In this document: piece after piece, positions 49,895-59,038 of the stretch
Layout of the letters: every line of letters starts with the position of its first letter
Position numbering within the stretch: position 1 is the first letter of the stretch
Source of the DNA: Candidatus Fimimonas gallinarum
GTDB lineage: Bacteria; Bacillota; Clostridia; Christensenellales; CAG-314
Direction of reading: 5' to 3'
Assembly (NCBI GenBank): GCA_018712065.1
Contig: DVHL01000036.1
Span: forward strand, 46,455-110,454
DNA length: 64,000 nucleotides
Position numbers and translations under genes: made by a program
Notes under the pieces: model-generated
Seen by the model: only the letters and a program-made list of their open reading frames with translations
Databases searched by the model: none
Told to the model about the DNA's origin: nothing

Positions 49895-50215
49895 AAACAC
49901 CTGCAAAGACTGTTTTTGCCAGCAAAAAACAAATAACTATACCGACAATAGCAAGAGCGACACTTTTGTGAAGTTTAAAACGCACCGTTGCACAAACGAA
50001 AATAACAAAACATCCAACTCACATAAAACACAAACGGCAAATGCAAAAAAAACGCCTGCAAAGCATGTTTAGTGCATAAAAAATAACTATTCTGAAACAA
50101 GAGCGACACTTCGGTAAAGTTAAGAAAAACACACCTTTTCACAAAAAACAATAACAAACTTTGAACTCACATAAAACACAAACGGCAAATGCAACAAAAA
50201 AACGCCTGCAAGGTC
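49895..50215. repeat. tandem repeat, ~150-155 bp unit, about 2.1 copies
   Basis: Units start with AAAC(A/G)CCTGCAA(A/G)G at 49895, 50050 and 50200. The block CTCACATAAAACACAAACGGCAAATGCAA occurs in both full units. Confidence 0.8.
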
Positions 50216-50385
50216 AAATCATTTTGAAACTAGCAGAATAAACAAGAAAAAAGGAGTTCTACTTTCAAAGTAAAACTCTTTTTTATAATTAGTTTCAAAA
50301 ATTATAGACAGATTAAATACTTTTGAAACAGATAAAAATTTGATAAGTAGTGTATAAAGTGTTTGAATTTTAAGATTACTGAGTT

Positions 50386-51288
50386 TTAGTTTTTTTTCTT
50401 AAATTTATTTATAAACAAGAAAACTCCAAGCAATACAATTGTTGAAATGCTTATCACCAAAATCAGTGCAAGTGTTGAAACATCATGGCCGAAAAACGAC
50501 ATTTTCACATCAAACCCGCTGGCAATACCATTTATCATTCCTTGTGGCAAAGTTTCTCTCATCCTATTTAAAACACTGTTTAAAAACCCTTGTCTGAACA
50601 AAACGGTTGCGTAAGTGCCTGGCAAAAGAGAAACAAAGTATTGCATACCTTGCCCCATTGTTCTAATCGGCATATATGCACCACAAATAAATCCGTATAA
50701 GGCAGAAACAAGAGTGCAAACCCCACTTACTACTCCTTGGGAATGGGAGAAGGTCCAAATTATATTTGCTAAAATTGTACCAAAAAGCGAGGTTATAATA
50801 ATCCCAAAAACAATTAATAAAATATCAACAAAAGTGATATAAAATCCAACACAGGCAAGATAAATTAGCCCGACTATGAGTAAAACAAAAGTAATTATAA
50901 ATGTAGAAAATAAATTTGCTAACACATAACTTAATTGAAGTGTACTTTTTTTAACTGGCGATACCATAAAGTCTATGTTTGCTCTATTTATTTTATCAAT
51001 AACCATCATTCCTGAACAAAATGCAATAGTTATACAAGAAGTTGCAAGAACGGATGAAAACAGCCACCCACCAGTGAGGGCATCAATTAGGCTTTGGTCC
51101 AAATCAAAACCTTGGATTATTGAAAGAATGCTGTCTTCATAAGTTGATTTTAAAAAAGCTATAAAGAGAACAAGTAAAATAAGTGGGGTTATAAGTGAAA
51201 CCAAAAAGGTCATTTTGTCTTTGAAGTATAATTTTATATTTCGTAAAGTCAAATAACTCATCTTTCTTAGTTCTGACTGTTTATTCAT
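50386..51288 (-). CDS. ABC-2 type transporter permease
   Basis: Six hydrophobic helices. 4-nt ATGA overlap with the upstream ATPase gene. Confidence 0.8.
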   Translation of the reverse strand: MNKQSELRKMSYLTLRNIKLYFKDKMTFLVSLITPLILLVLFIAFLKSTYEDSILSIIQGFDLDQSLIDALTGGWLFSSVLATSCITIAFCSGMMVIDKINRANIDFMVSPVKKSTLQLSYVLANLFSTFIITFVLLIVGLIYLACVGFYITFVDILLIVFGIIITSLFGTILANIIWTFSHSQGVVSGVCTLVSALYGFICGAYMPIRTMGQGMQYFVSLLPGTYATVLFRQGFLNSVLNRMRETLPQGMINGIASGFDVKMSFFGHDVSTLALILVISISTIVLLGVFLFINKFKKKN

Positions 51289-52199
51289 ATATTCTCCTTC
51301 AATTCTTTTCCTGTGATAGATAAAAAGACATCATCCATTGAACCTTTTACAATTTCAATATCTTTAAATAGGTTGTTGTGCTTCACTAGAAAATTTTTCG
51401 CTTCATCTGTGCTTTTAAACAGTATTTCTAAGCAATTCTTTTCTTTTTTATATGGTATTTTTGCCTTATCTAAAATCTCAAAAATACTGTTGTCGTATTT
51501 ATATGCTTTAATGTAATCGTTGGCGTACTTATTCTTTAAAGTTAAAGGAGAACCTTCGGCAACAATTTTTCCACCATCAATAATGACAACATTATCGGCG
51601 ATACTTGCTTCTTCCATATAATGAGTGGTTAATAGCACTGTCAAATTTGTTGTTTTTCTTAATTCGTTAATCGTATCCCAAACAAGCTTTCTTGTCTTTG
51701 GGTCAAGCCCAGTTGTTGGTTCATCAAGTATTAAAATATTGGGCTTATGTAAAAGTGCTCTCACAATATCCACTTTTCGTTTTTGACCACCACTTAACTT
51801 ATCAAGTTGTTTTTTTAAGATTTGTCCGAGGTCAAGTTTATCTATGAAATATTTTAAATTATTTTCAAATTCTTTTTTGTCCATACCATAAAGCATTGCT
51901 CTATATCTTAAATTGTCATACACAGATAGTTTTTTATCAAGTACAGATGTTTGAAAAACAATTCCAATACTTGGTAAAATTTTAGAAATTTCATCCACTG
52001 AAAAATTATTAACAAAACAGTCGCCACTATCACGCTTTAACACGCCAACAAGAATATTGATAGTTGTGCTTTTCCCTGCTCCATTTAACCCCAAAAAAGC
52101 AAACAACTCACCCTCTTCGACAGAAAATGTAATATCATCAACTGCTTTTGTGTCGCCAAAAAATTTCTTTAAATTTCTTATCTCAATAATATGACTCAT
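51285..52199 (-). CDS. ABC transporter ATP-binding protein (DrrA/ABC-2 exporter type)
   Basis: Walker A GLNGAGKST, signature LSGGQKRK, Walker B ILILDEPT, H-loop TTHYM. Confidence 0.9.
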   Translation of the reverse strand: MSHIIEIRNLKKFFGDTKAVDDITFSVEEGELFAFLGLNGAGKSTTINILVGVLKRDSGDCFVNNFSVDEISKILPSIGIVFQTSVLDKKLSVYDNLRYRAMLYGMDKKEFENNLKYFIDKLDLGQILKKQLDKLSGGQKRKVDIVRALLHKPNILILDEPTTGLDPKTRKLVWDTINELRKTTNLTVLLTTHYMEEASIADNVVIIDGGKIVAEGSPLTLKNKYANDYIKAYKYDNSIFEILDKAKIPYKKEKNCLEILFKSTDEAKNFLVKHNNLFKDIEIVKGSMDDVFLSITGKELKENI

Positions 52200-52399
52200 A
52201 AAAATCCTTTAATTTTTTGATTTTCAATTTAAAATTATTGTATCATAAAACTTTATGTATTGTCTATCGTATGGTGAAAAAATAAATCTATACGATAATA
52301 AAAGTGTGTATTGAAATAAAAAAGAATATAAATTGACTATGTTGTTAGAGAAATTTAAAAAATCATAAAAGATACTTTAATATAATTTGGCTGTTAAAC

Positions 52400-52452
52400 G
52401 TGTGCTTGTCTTGATACAAGTGTCGTCGCTTCGCTCCGACAGACAAGCACAC
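52400..52452. repeat. 12-bp stem inverted repeat with a 29-nt loop
   Basis: GTGTGCTTGTCT (52400-52411) pairs with AGACAAGCACAC (52441-52452). Confidence 0.6.
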
Positions 52453-52474
52453 TCTACAACTAAATATATTAGAC

Positions 52475-52518
52475 AAAAAGCGAAAGTGTTGGTAAACGTA
52501 ACACACTTTCGCTTTTTG
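52475..52518. terminator. strong bidirectional hairpin terminator
   Basis: AGCGAAAGTGT/ACACTTTCGCT 11-bp stem flanked by A5 and T5. Confidence 0.65.
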
Positions 52519-52551
52519 CTATTATATATGATGGCTAATTTATTCCATGGT

Positions 52552-52688
52552 GTACTTGACAAGAGTCTCTGAAAGGAGTTCTTCTTTTGCTGATTAAGGC
52601 AGAGAAACAATATTTGCGATTGTGGCTTTGTTTTATTCGTTTCTCTGCCTTCTGATATTGTGTTTTCATTTCTTCTCTTGTCAAGTAC
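52552..52688. repeat. nested inverted repeats (14-bp outer arms, 13-bp inner arms)
   Basis: Outer arms GTACTTGACAAGAG (52552-52565) / CTCTTGTCAAGTAC (52675-52688). Inner arms AAGGCAGAGAAAC (52596-52608) / GTTTCTCTGCCTT (52639-52651). Confidence 0.7.
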
Positions 52689-52893
52689 CTTTCACGGCAT
52701 AAAGTAGCCAAGAAAAAAGAGAACTAGATATTTTTCTAATTCTCTAATTATTACACTAGTTTCAAAAGTAAGTGACTAAAGGCGTTTTTTTGTTACAACT
52801 TGTTTTGCAAAGATACAGTGTTGCAAATTTACCGATAAATTTCCTTTTAAAATACTTCACGAAGCACAAAAACATTGTACCGTATGCAAAAAT

Positions 52894-53715
52894 TTACAAC
52901 TTGCAAATTTTTTCCACCAAAGCGTCCAACCAATTTGCATGCACGCTTTCGATTTTTCCTTCGTCGCACATACGTGCCAAATTCGGGTCGATAGGCAGTT
53001 TGCAAACGGTGTCGATTCCGTTTTGCGCCGCAAAGTCGTCGACGTTACTTTCACCGTAAATTTTGTGAATTTTTCCGCAATCGGGACAACGGAAATAGGA
53101 ATAGTTTTCCACTACGCCCAAAACAGGCACGTCCAGCATCTGCGCCATTTTTACGGCTTTTTCCACTATCATTTCCACAAGTTCCTGAGGTGAAGTTACC
53201 ACCACAATGCCGTCCACAGGCAAGGACTGAAACACAGTGAGAGGAACGTCGCCCGTTCCCGGTGGCATATCCACAAACATGTAGTCCACATCCTGCCAGA
53301 CAACGTCTGTCCAGAACTGCGTTACCGCACCTGCAATGACGGGACCTCTCCAAACAACGGGTTGGGACACGTCTTCCAAAAGAAGATTGAGGGACATTAC
53401 TTGCGTTCCGCAGGAAGTCACCACAGGATACAATGCCGTTTCCGTCGCCGTGGCGTTGCCGTGCAAACCGAAAATTTGCGGAATAGACGGACCGGTGATG
53501 TCGGCGTCCAAAATTGCCGTACGCAAGTTGCGACGTTGAGTTTCCACCGCAAGAAGAGATGTTATCAAAGACTTGCCCACGCCGCCCTTTCCGCTTACGA
53601 TGCCAATCACCTTTTTGACGGTGGAACCTTTGCGGAGTTGCGCCTTGGGAATTTGCTGAGAACGTTCGGAACAGTTTGCCGAACAACTTGAACAATCGTG
53701 ATTACATTCTGTCAT
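52894..53715 (-). CDS. Mrp/NBP35 (ApbC) family iron-sulfur cluster carrier ATPase
   Basis: Cys-rich N-terminus, deviant Walker A SGKGGVGKS, CPDCG motif. Confidence 0.85.
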   Translation of the reverse strand: MTECNHDCSSCSANCSERSQQIPKAQLRKGSTVKKVIGIVSGKGGVGKSLITSLLAVETQRRNLRTAILDADITGPSIPQIFGLHGNATATETALYPVVTSCGTQVMSLNLLLEDVSQPVVWRGPVIAGAVTQFWTDVVWQDVDYMFVDMPPGTGDVPLTVFQSLPVDGIVVVTSPQELVEMIVEKAVKMAQMLDVPVLGVVENYSYFRCPDCGKIHKIYGESNVDDFAAQNGIDTVCKLPIDPNLARMCDEGKIESVHANWLDALVEKICKL

Positions 53716-53758
53716 AATACACTTCCCAAAATTTGTAATTCAATTTTACAACCGTTTG

Positions 53759-53788
53759 CAAAAAAAAGCAAGCCGAAGAGGGCTTGCC
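53759..53788 (-). terminator. rho-independent terminator between the MFS gene and mrp
   Basis: Stem GCAAGCC/GGCTTGC. The A8 run on plus gives T8 on minus. Confidence 0.5.
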
Positions 53789-54152
53789 TGAAAAAAATTG
53801 CCTGTTAAAATTTTCGCAGTTTACTTGTTTTTGAAGGACGCAATGCGGTTTATAACGCTGTTTCATACATTGTTGTGTAAAGCGGCATTGTTTTGTTGCA
53901 AAACCGCAAACTCGCCAAACTTTCTTTACACGCACCGTCAAGTAGCATTAAACAATATCGGCGTTATTTTTCATGACGTTACTTCAACGTTTTTGTATGT
54001 TTTTGCGTTGTCGCACTGCAATACCGTTTTGCCGTTTGAAGTTGAATAAACCTTCACGCCACTGCAACAACTTCATGCAAACAACCTACACACGACAGTT
54101 GCATACATTGCGCCTTGTGCATTTTTTGACAGTGCACATTCAACAAAAATTT

Positions 54153-55595
54153 TTACTGCTGTTGTTGCACTTGGACGTCCTGTGCGTCTTCGTCCACTGC
54201 GTGAATTTCCTTCAACTTTTCCAAACGGAATTGTCTGTTCTTTTTGTACACAAAGTAGGTGGGAACAAACATAAGCAAAGCGGATATTGCCGAAAACAGG
54301 AACAACTCGAAGGGATAAACCTTGTCGCCCAAACGGTAACCGCCCACTACCTCGGGAATTGCGCTGTATCCCGGAGCGGGAGCAACGCCAAACTGCAACA
54401 CTTCCGGTCCGAATGCATTGATGATAAGGGGGCAGAAAATACTTGCAATAACCATGGGCATGGTAACATAAATTACAATACGTATGCCTTGAAAACAGCC
54501 TGCTTTTTCCGACGGGGTGTAATCTCTTGCGGTGGCGTTGAACAATCCCGCAGCAAGCAGCGAGGATGATTCGATGAGTGTTCCGCCCACAATAAACATA
54601 ATGTAGGTTGCAACGACGTTTCCGCCCACAAACTTGATGAAGTACACCAACAATCCGCCCACAACGCCTGCAGCCGCCACAGGCCAAAAGAATTTTTCCT
54701 TGCCGTACTTGTCCATAAGTTTGCCTCCTACCACTGCCATTACGGCGGAAAGCAACACTACCACAGCCAAAGGAATTACAAACCCCGTGCCGAAACCGAG
54801 GGTGTACTGCAACATCATTATCATGTAGGGTTGCCAGAATTGCATTGCAAGACCGGAAAACATCATTCCTACAAGACAAATGTAAATCATTTTGTGTTGT
54901 TTTATGTTGGAAGGACGGAAACCGTACACCACCTCTTTGAGGTATTTGCCCGATTTGTCGGGTTTGAGTTTGGGACTGTCCTTCAAAATGAACAATCCCA
55001 CAATGCCGGCAACTGCCGTCATTGCGCCCAAAATTACAAAAAACAGCGTCCACTGTCCGTTTTGCGTCAGTCCGTCAAAACCAACGAAAATAATCATAAG
55101 GGCGGCAACGGGCATAATGGACAATATTACATCCACAAAACCTCTGTTGGTGATATCGGTAACGTCGGTAACCCACGAAGAAAATGTCGCATCGTTGGAC
55201 ATAGAGCCGAACACCGTCATTACGCAGTCCATAATTACGAAAATCACGACGATGGCAACTACCTGTTGGTCGCTGTAATGTTCGTTGCCGAAAAATGCAA
55301 ACGAGGCGGTAACCAAGCCCCAGATAATGTAGCCCCATGCCACAAAAACCTTTCTCTTGCCCACCCTGTCGGAAAGAACTCCGCCAAAGATGGTAACCAA
55401 TGCCGCCACAACGGCACTTGCGGCAACGGTGGCACTTGTTGCCCAGCCGTCGGCTGTAATGTTTTTTTGAATGTAGGTGGAAAAGTACATGTTTTCCACC
55501 ATCCAGGCAAGTTGTCCCATCAAGCCAAAAAGCACAATGGACACCCAAATTTTCGCACCGAGTTTGTTCGGTTTTTTTACAATGACTTCTGACAT
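54153..55595 (-). CDS. MFS transporter, glycoside-pentoside-hexuronide (GPH) symporter-like
   Basis: 12 TM helices, N-terminal region KIWVSIVLFGLMGQLAWMVENMYFSTY and an LSDRVGKRK loop. Start at ATG 55595 after AAGGAG. Confidence 0.8.
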   Translation of the reverse strand: MSEVIVKKPNKLGAKIWVSIVLFGLMGQLAWMVENMYFSTYIQKNITADGWATSATVAASAVVAALVTIFGGVLSDRVGKRKVFVAWGYIIWGLVTASFAFFGNEHYSDQQVVAIVVIFVIMDCVMTVFGSMSNDATFSSWVTDVTDITNRGFVDVILSIMPVAALMIIFVGFDGLTQNGQWTLFFVILGAMTAVAGIVGLFILKDSPKLKPDKSGKYLKEVVYGFRPSNIKQHKMIYICLVGMMFSGLAMQFWQPYMIMMLQYTLGFGTGFVIPLAVVVLLSAVMAVVGGKLMDKYGKEKFFWPVAAAGVVGGLLVYFIKFVGGNVVATYIMFIVGGTLIESSSLLAAGLFNATARDYTPSEKAGCFQGIRIVIYVTMPMVIASIFCPLIINAFGPEVLQFGVAPAPGYSAIPEVVGGYRLGDKVYPFELFLFSAISALLMFVPTYFVYKKNRQFRLEKLKEIHAVDEDAQDVQVQQQQ

Positions 55596-55769
55596 ACTCT
55601 TCTCCTTGAAACAAAGTTGCAAAACACGGCGTCGTCGATATTTGTTACCATTACATTGTAGCACAACCCCTGAACTATTTCAAGAGTCAAAATAACACCT
55701 CGCAAAACGCAAAGGCGTATTGACCGCAAAGGCAAATACGTGTATAATTTACACAACGTGAGGTGAAAT

Positions 55770-56354
55770 ATGTTTGAAAAAATGACTCTGCAACAATACA
55801 ACGAAGTTCTGGCAAGCAAAGAGCCGACGCCAGGCGGAGGAAGCGCACTTGCCGTTGTGGGAACGATAGCCTGTTCTCTTGTGGAAATGGCAATAAACAT
55901 AACTTTGCCCAAAACGGAAACTGACGAATTCACCGTTGCATTGCTAAACGACGGCGCAAGGTTTGTCGGCAGGGCGAAAAAACGTCTGCAACAACTGGCA
56001 AACGATGACGCAACGGCTTTTGACAGAATAATTAAGTGTTTGCGACTGCCCAAAGATACCGATGAAGACAAAAAGCGCCGTGCAAACAGTTTGCAAAGTG
56101 CCTACCACATGGCGGCATTGGTACCGCTGGACGTAATGACGGTGTGCAAGGAAACGCTGTGCAAAGCGGAAAAGGTGTTGCCTTACCTCAATAAATACGT
56201 TGCTTCCGATTGTGTGATAGGCATCGACCTGTTGAAAAGGGTGATTGTCAACTCGCTGGAAAACGTGTACGCAAACACAAGCCTAATTAAGGACGAAACG
56301 CTGAAAAACTCGCTGGAAAAGCAGGCGCAAAGTGTGTTGCAAAGCGTGCAATAG
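55770..56354 (+). CDS. cyclodeaminase/cyclohydrolase family protein (FTCD C-terminal domain-like)
   Basis: SKEPTPGGGSALAVVGTIACSLVEM is the characteristic FTCD_C N-terminal motif. All-helical, 194 aa. Confidence 0.75.
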   Translation: MFEKMTLQQYNEVLASKEPTPGGGSALAVVGTIACSLVEMAINITLPKTETDEFTVALLNDGARFVGRAKKRLQQLANDDATAFDRIIKCLRLPKDTDEDKKRRANSLQSAYHMAALVPLDVMTVCKETLCKAEKVLPYLNKYVASDCVIGIDLLKRVIVNSLENVYANTSLIKDETLKNSLEKQAQSVLQSVQ

Positions 56355-56574
56355 TTGCAAAATATTGCGATGCTTTGGTTGCCGATATTTTTGTTACACG
56401 GCACCTGCACAGTGTTTTTCCAACGTGTGCTTGCGTAATTACACGCAGTAGCATTTCGACGACGCAAGACGACATAATTCATACGGCGACGATACGCAAC
56501 GTCAATCCGACAGCGACATCAAAAATTTTGAAACTGTTGTTGCGTTGCTTTCTTAACTGAATTTAACGACCAAA

Positions 56575-56607
56575 CAAAAAAAGTCCGACATGCATCGGAC
56601 TTTTTGT
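56575..56607 (+). terminator. rho-independent (bidirectional) terminator
   Basis: Stem AGTCCGA/TCGGACT preceded by A8 and followed by T5. Confidence 0.7.
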
Positions 56608-57110
56608 TTACCTTTACCCTTTCAATTTCCGCAACGTTTGCGGTATCAAACAAATTTTGTTTTACAATTTCATTAAACTGCATTGGGTGACTTCGCACGA
56701 CTTAACATTGACAACATTTTGTTTGTAACGACATTTCAATAAAGTGCCTGGCGTTTTTACCTGCCGTGTACTTGCGTTTATTTTGTCGCCTGCCCCGTTG
56801 CAACGTTTTACTTTGTTGTGTGTACATGCTTTTAATACGGCTGAAAACTGCAACTGATTTTACTGCACCGCCAACTTGCATTGTTGCCACAGCTTTCCTT
56901 TGAAAAAGCCTCTTCCTTACATTTGAAGGGCGACTTTCAGACAACTGCAAACACTTTCGGGCAGGCTTGTCTTTTGCAACATTGCCTGACGGGCAGACAC
57001 TTCCGTCTGACGGTGACATTGAAAAAGACGTCAATTTTGCCAAACGGTGCAAACTTTTCGTAACAAAGTTTCCGTCTGTACACAAAATTGACGTCTTTTG
57101 TAGTTACAAA

Positions 57111-58898
57111 TTACTTGTGCAGTTCCGCCTTGATACGGCGCACACCGCTGCTGCTGGACTGTTCCTTGGTGATGACAAAGTGTCCCAACTCGCCTGTGCT
57201 GTTGGCGTGAGGTCCTCCGCAAATTTCCTTGCTGAAGTCGCCCATGGTGTACACTTTCACCACTTCGCCGTACCTGTCGCCGAACAACCCGATGGCGCCT
57301 GTTTTGCGAGCCTCTTCGATGGGCATTTCCTTACAGGTGATGGGAAGGTTGCGTTGTATCGCATCGTTTACCAGATCCTGCGTTTTGGCAATTTCCTCCG
57401 CCGTCATGGGACGTCCGAAAGAGAAGTCGAAACGCAAACGTTCCGGCGTAATGTTGCTTCCCTTTTGCTTTACCTCGTCGCCCAGAACCTTTCTCAAAGC
57501 CGCCTGCAAAAGGTGCGTTGCCGTGTGAAGGTGGGTGGTTTCCATTCCGCCGCCTTCCGCCATGCCGCCCTTGAAGCGTTGTTCGCTGCCTGCGTGCGAC
57601 TTTGCCTGATGTTCCGCAAACTTTTGTTTGAAGCCCTCAACGTCCACGGTGTAGCCGTTTTCGGAAGCAAGTTCCACCGTCATTTCCACGGGGAAACCGA
57701 ATGTGTCGTACAGTTTGAACGCCGTTCCGCCGGGTACTACGTTTCCCTGAATGTGACTGATGACCTTGAAAAATTCCTTTTCGCCTGCAACAAGAGTTTT
57801 GCTGAACTTGTCCTCTTCCTTGTTGAGTTCGTCCACGATTTTTTGGCTGTTTTGTTGCAATTCCGTGTAGACGTCCTTGTACACTTCCACATACACCTTG
57901 GCTACTTCCGCAATGCTGCCTTTGGGCATTTCCAACGAATTTGCCATGCGCACCGCACGGCGTATCAGACGGCGCAAAACGTAACCTTGGTCGACGTTGC
58001 TGGGCACTACACCGACGGGGTCGCCCAAAAGGAATGTCGCTGTGCGCACGTGGTCGGCAATGATACGCATAGCCCTGGTCGTCTTGGCGTCGTTACCGTA
58101 GGTTTTGCCGGAAAGTTGCTGTATTTTTGCCAAAGCGTCCTGGAAAAGGTCGATGTCGTACACCGACTTCAGCCCGTTAAGAACGCAAACGGTGCGTTCC
58201 AGCCCCATGCCTGTATCCACGTTTTTCTGTTTTAGGGGAAGGTAGGTTCCGTCAGCCTGACGGTTGTACTGCATGAAAACGTTGTTCCATATTTCCAGAT
58301 ACTTTCCGCAATCGCAGGAAGGGTCGCAATGTTCGCTGCACTTGGGTTTGCCTGTATCCCAAAAAATTTCCGTGTCCGGTCCGCACGGTCCCGTTGTACC
58401 GGCAATCCACCAGTTGTTTTTCTTGGGAAGGTAGAAAATTCTCTCCTTGGGAATACCGCACTCCTCCCACACACGGGCGGAATCCTCGTCACGGGGCGCA
58501 TCGTCGTCGCCGGCAAATACGGTGACGGAAATACGGTTGACGTCCAGACCGAGGTAGTCTTTGCCTGTCAGAAATTCGTAACTCCACTTGATGGACTGGT
58601 GGTTGAAGTAGTCGCCCAAAGACCAGTTGCCCAACATTTCAAAGAAAGTAAGGTGGCTGTCGTCGCCCACTTCTTCTATGTCGCCTGTACGCACGCACTT
58701 CTGCACGTCGCAAAGACGGTTTCCCTTGGGATGCTTTTGTCCCAAAAGATAGGGAATGAGGGGATGCATGCCTGCCGTTGTGAACAGTACGGAAGGGTCG
58801 TTTTCCGGAATAAGACTGGCGGAAGGAATTACCGCATGTCCTCTGTCGCTGAAAAATTTGAGATACTTTTCTCTTAAAAACTGTGATGTGATTTTCAT
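57111..58898 (-). CDS. alaS: alanine--tRNA ligase, compact form (catalytic plus editing domains, no C-Ala domain)
   Basis: FTTAGM, class II motif 3 region DTGMGLER, editing-site HTATHLL and CGGPH motifs. 595 aa from ATG 58898, ending about 30 aa after the editing domain. Confidence 0.85.
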   Translation of the reverse strand: MKITSQFLREKYLKFFSDRGHAVIPSASLIPENDPSVLFTTAGMHPLIPYLLGQKHPKGNRLCDVQKCVRTGDIEEVGDDSHLTFFEMLGNWSLGDYFNHQSIKWSYEFLTGKDYLGLDVNRISVTVFAGDDDAPRDEDSARVWEECGIPKERIFYLPKKNNWWIAGTTGPCGPDTEIFWDTGKPKCSEHCDPSCDCGKYLEIWNNVFMQYNRQADGTYLPLKQKNVDTGMGLERTVCVLNGLKSVYDIDLFQDALAKIQQLSGKTYGNDAKTTRAMRIIADHVRTATFLLGDPVGVVPSNVDQGYVLRRLIRRAVRMANSLEMPKGSIAEVAKVYVEVYKDVYTELQQNSQKIVDELNKEEDKFSKTLVAGEKEFFKVISHIQGNVVPGGTAFKLYDTFGFPVEMTVELASENGYTVDVEGFKQKFAEHQAKSHAGSEQRFKGGMAEGGGMETTHLHTATHLLQAALRKVLGDEVKQKGSNITPERLRFDFSFGRPMTAEEIAKTQDLVNDAIQRNLPITCKEMPIEEARKTGAIGLFGDRYGEVVKVYTMGDFSKEICGGPHANSTGELGHFVITKEQSSSSGVRRIKAELHK

Positions 58899-59038
58899 AA
58901 ATCCTCGATATTTTTTACACCTTTCGGCACATTGCCGATTGAACAAGCACATGCGCCTTTCAGGTGTGAATTTCAACATTAGTAAAGACCAAAAGCGAAA
59001 ACGCCGTGGTCTTTTACGGTAGATATTCAGTTGTTACG

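Larger units (their letters stand above)
50222..52767. mobile_element. 2.5 kb low-GC insertion bounded by perfect 12-bp inverted repeats (putative horizontally acquired cassette; no recombinase gene present)
   Basis: TTTTGAAACTAG at 50222-50233 and CTAGTTTCAAAA at 52756-52767. GC is roughly 30% by eye against roughly 45-50% in the flanks. The genes inside use TTA/TCA codons that native genes avoid. Confidence 0.45.

Noticed and set aside
1163-50215. Could any of the tandem repeats be a CRISPR array?
   Set aside because: Units are 85-235 bp with at most 3 copies. There is no alternation of short conserved repeats with unique spacers, and there are no cas genes in the window.
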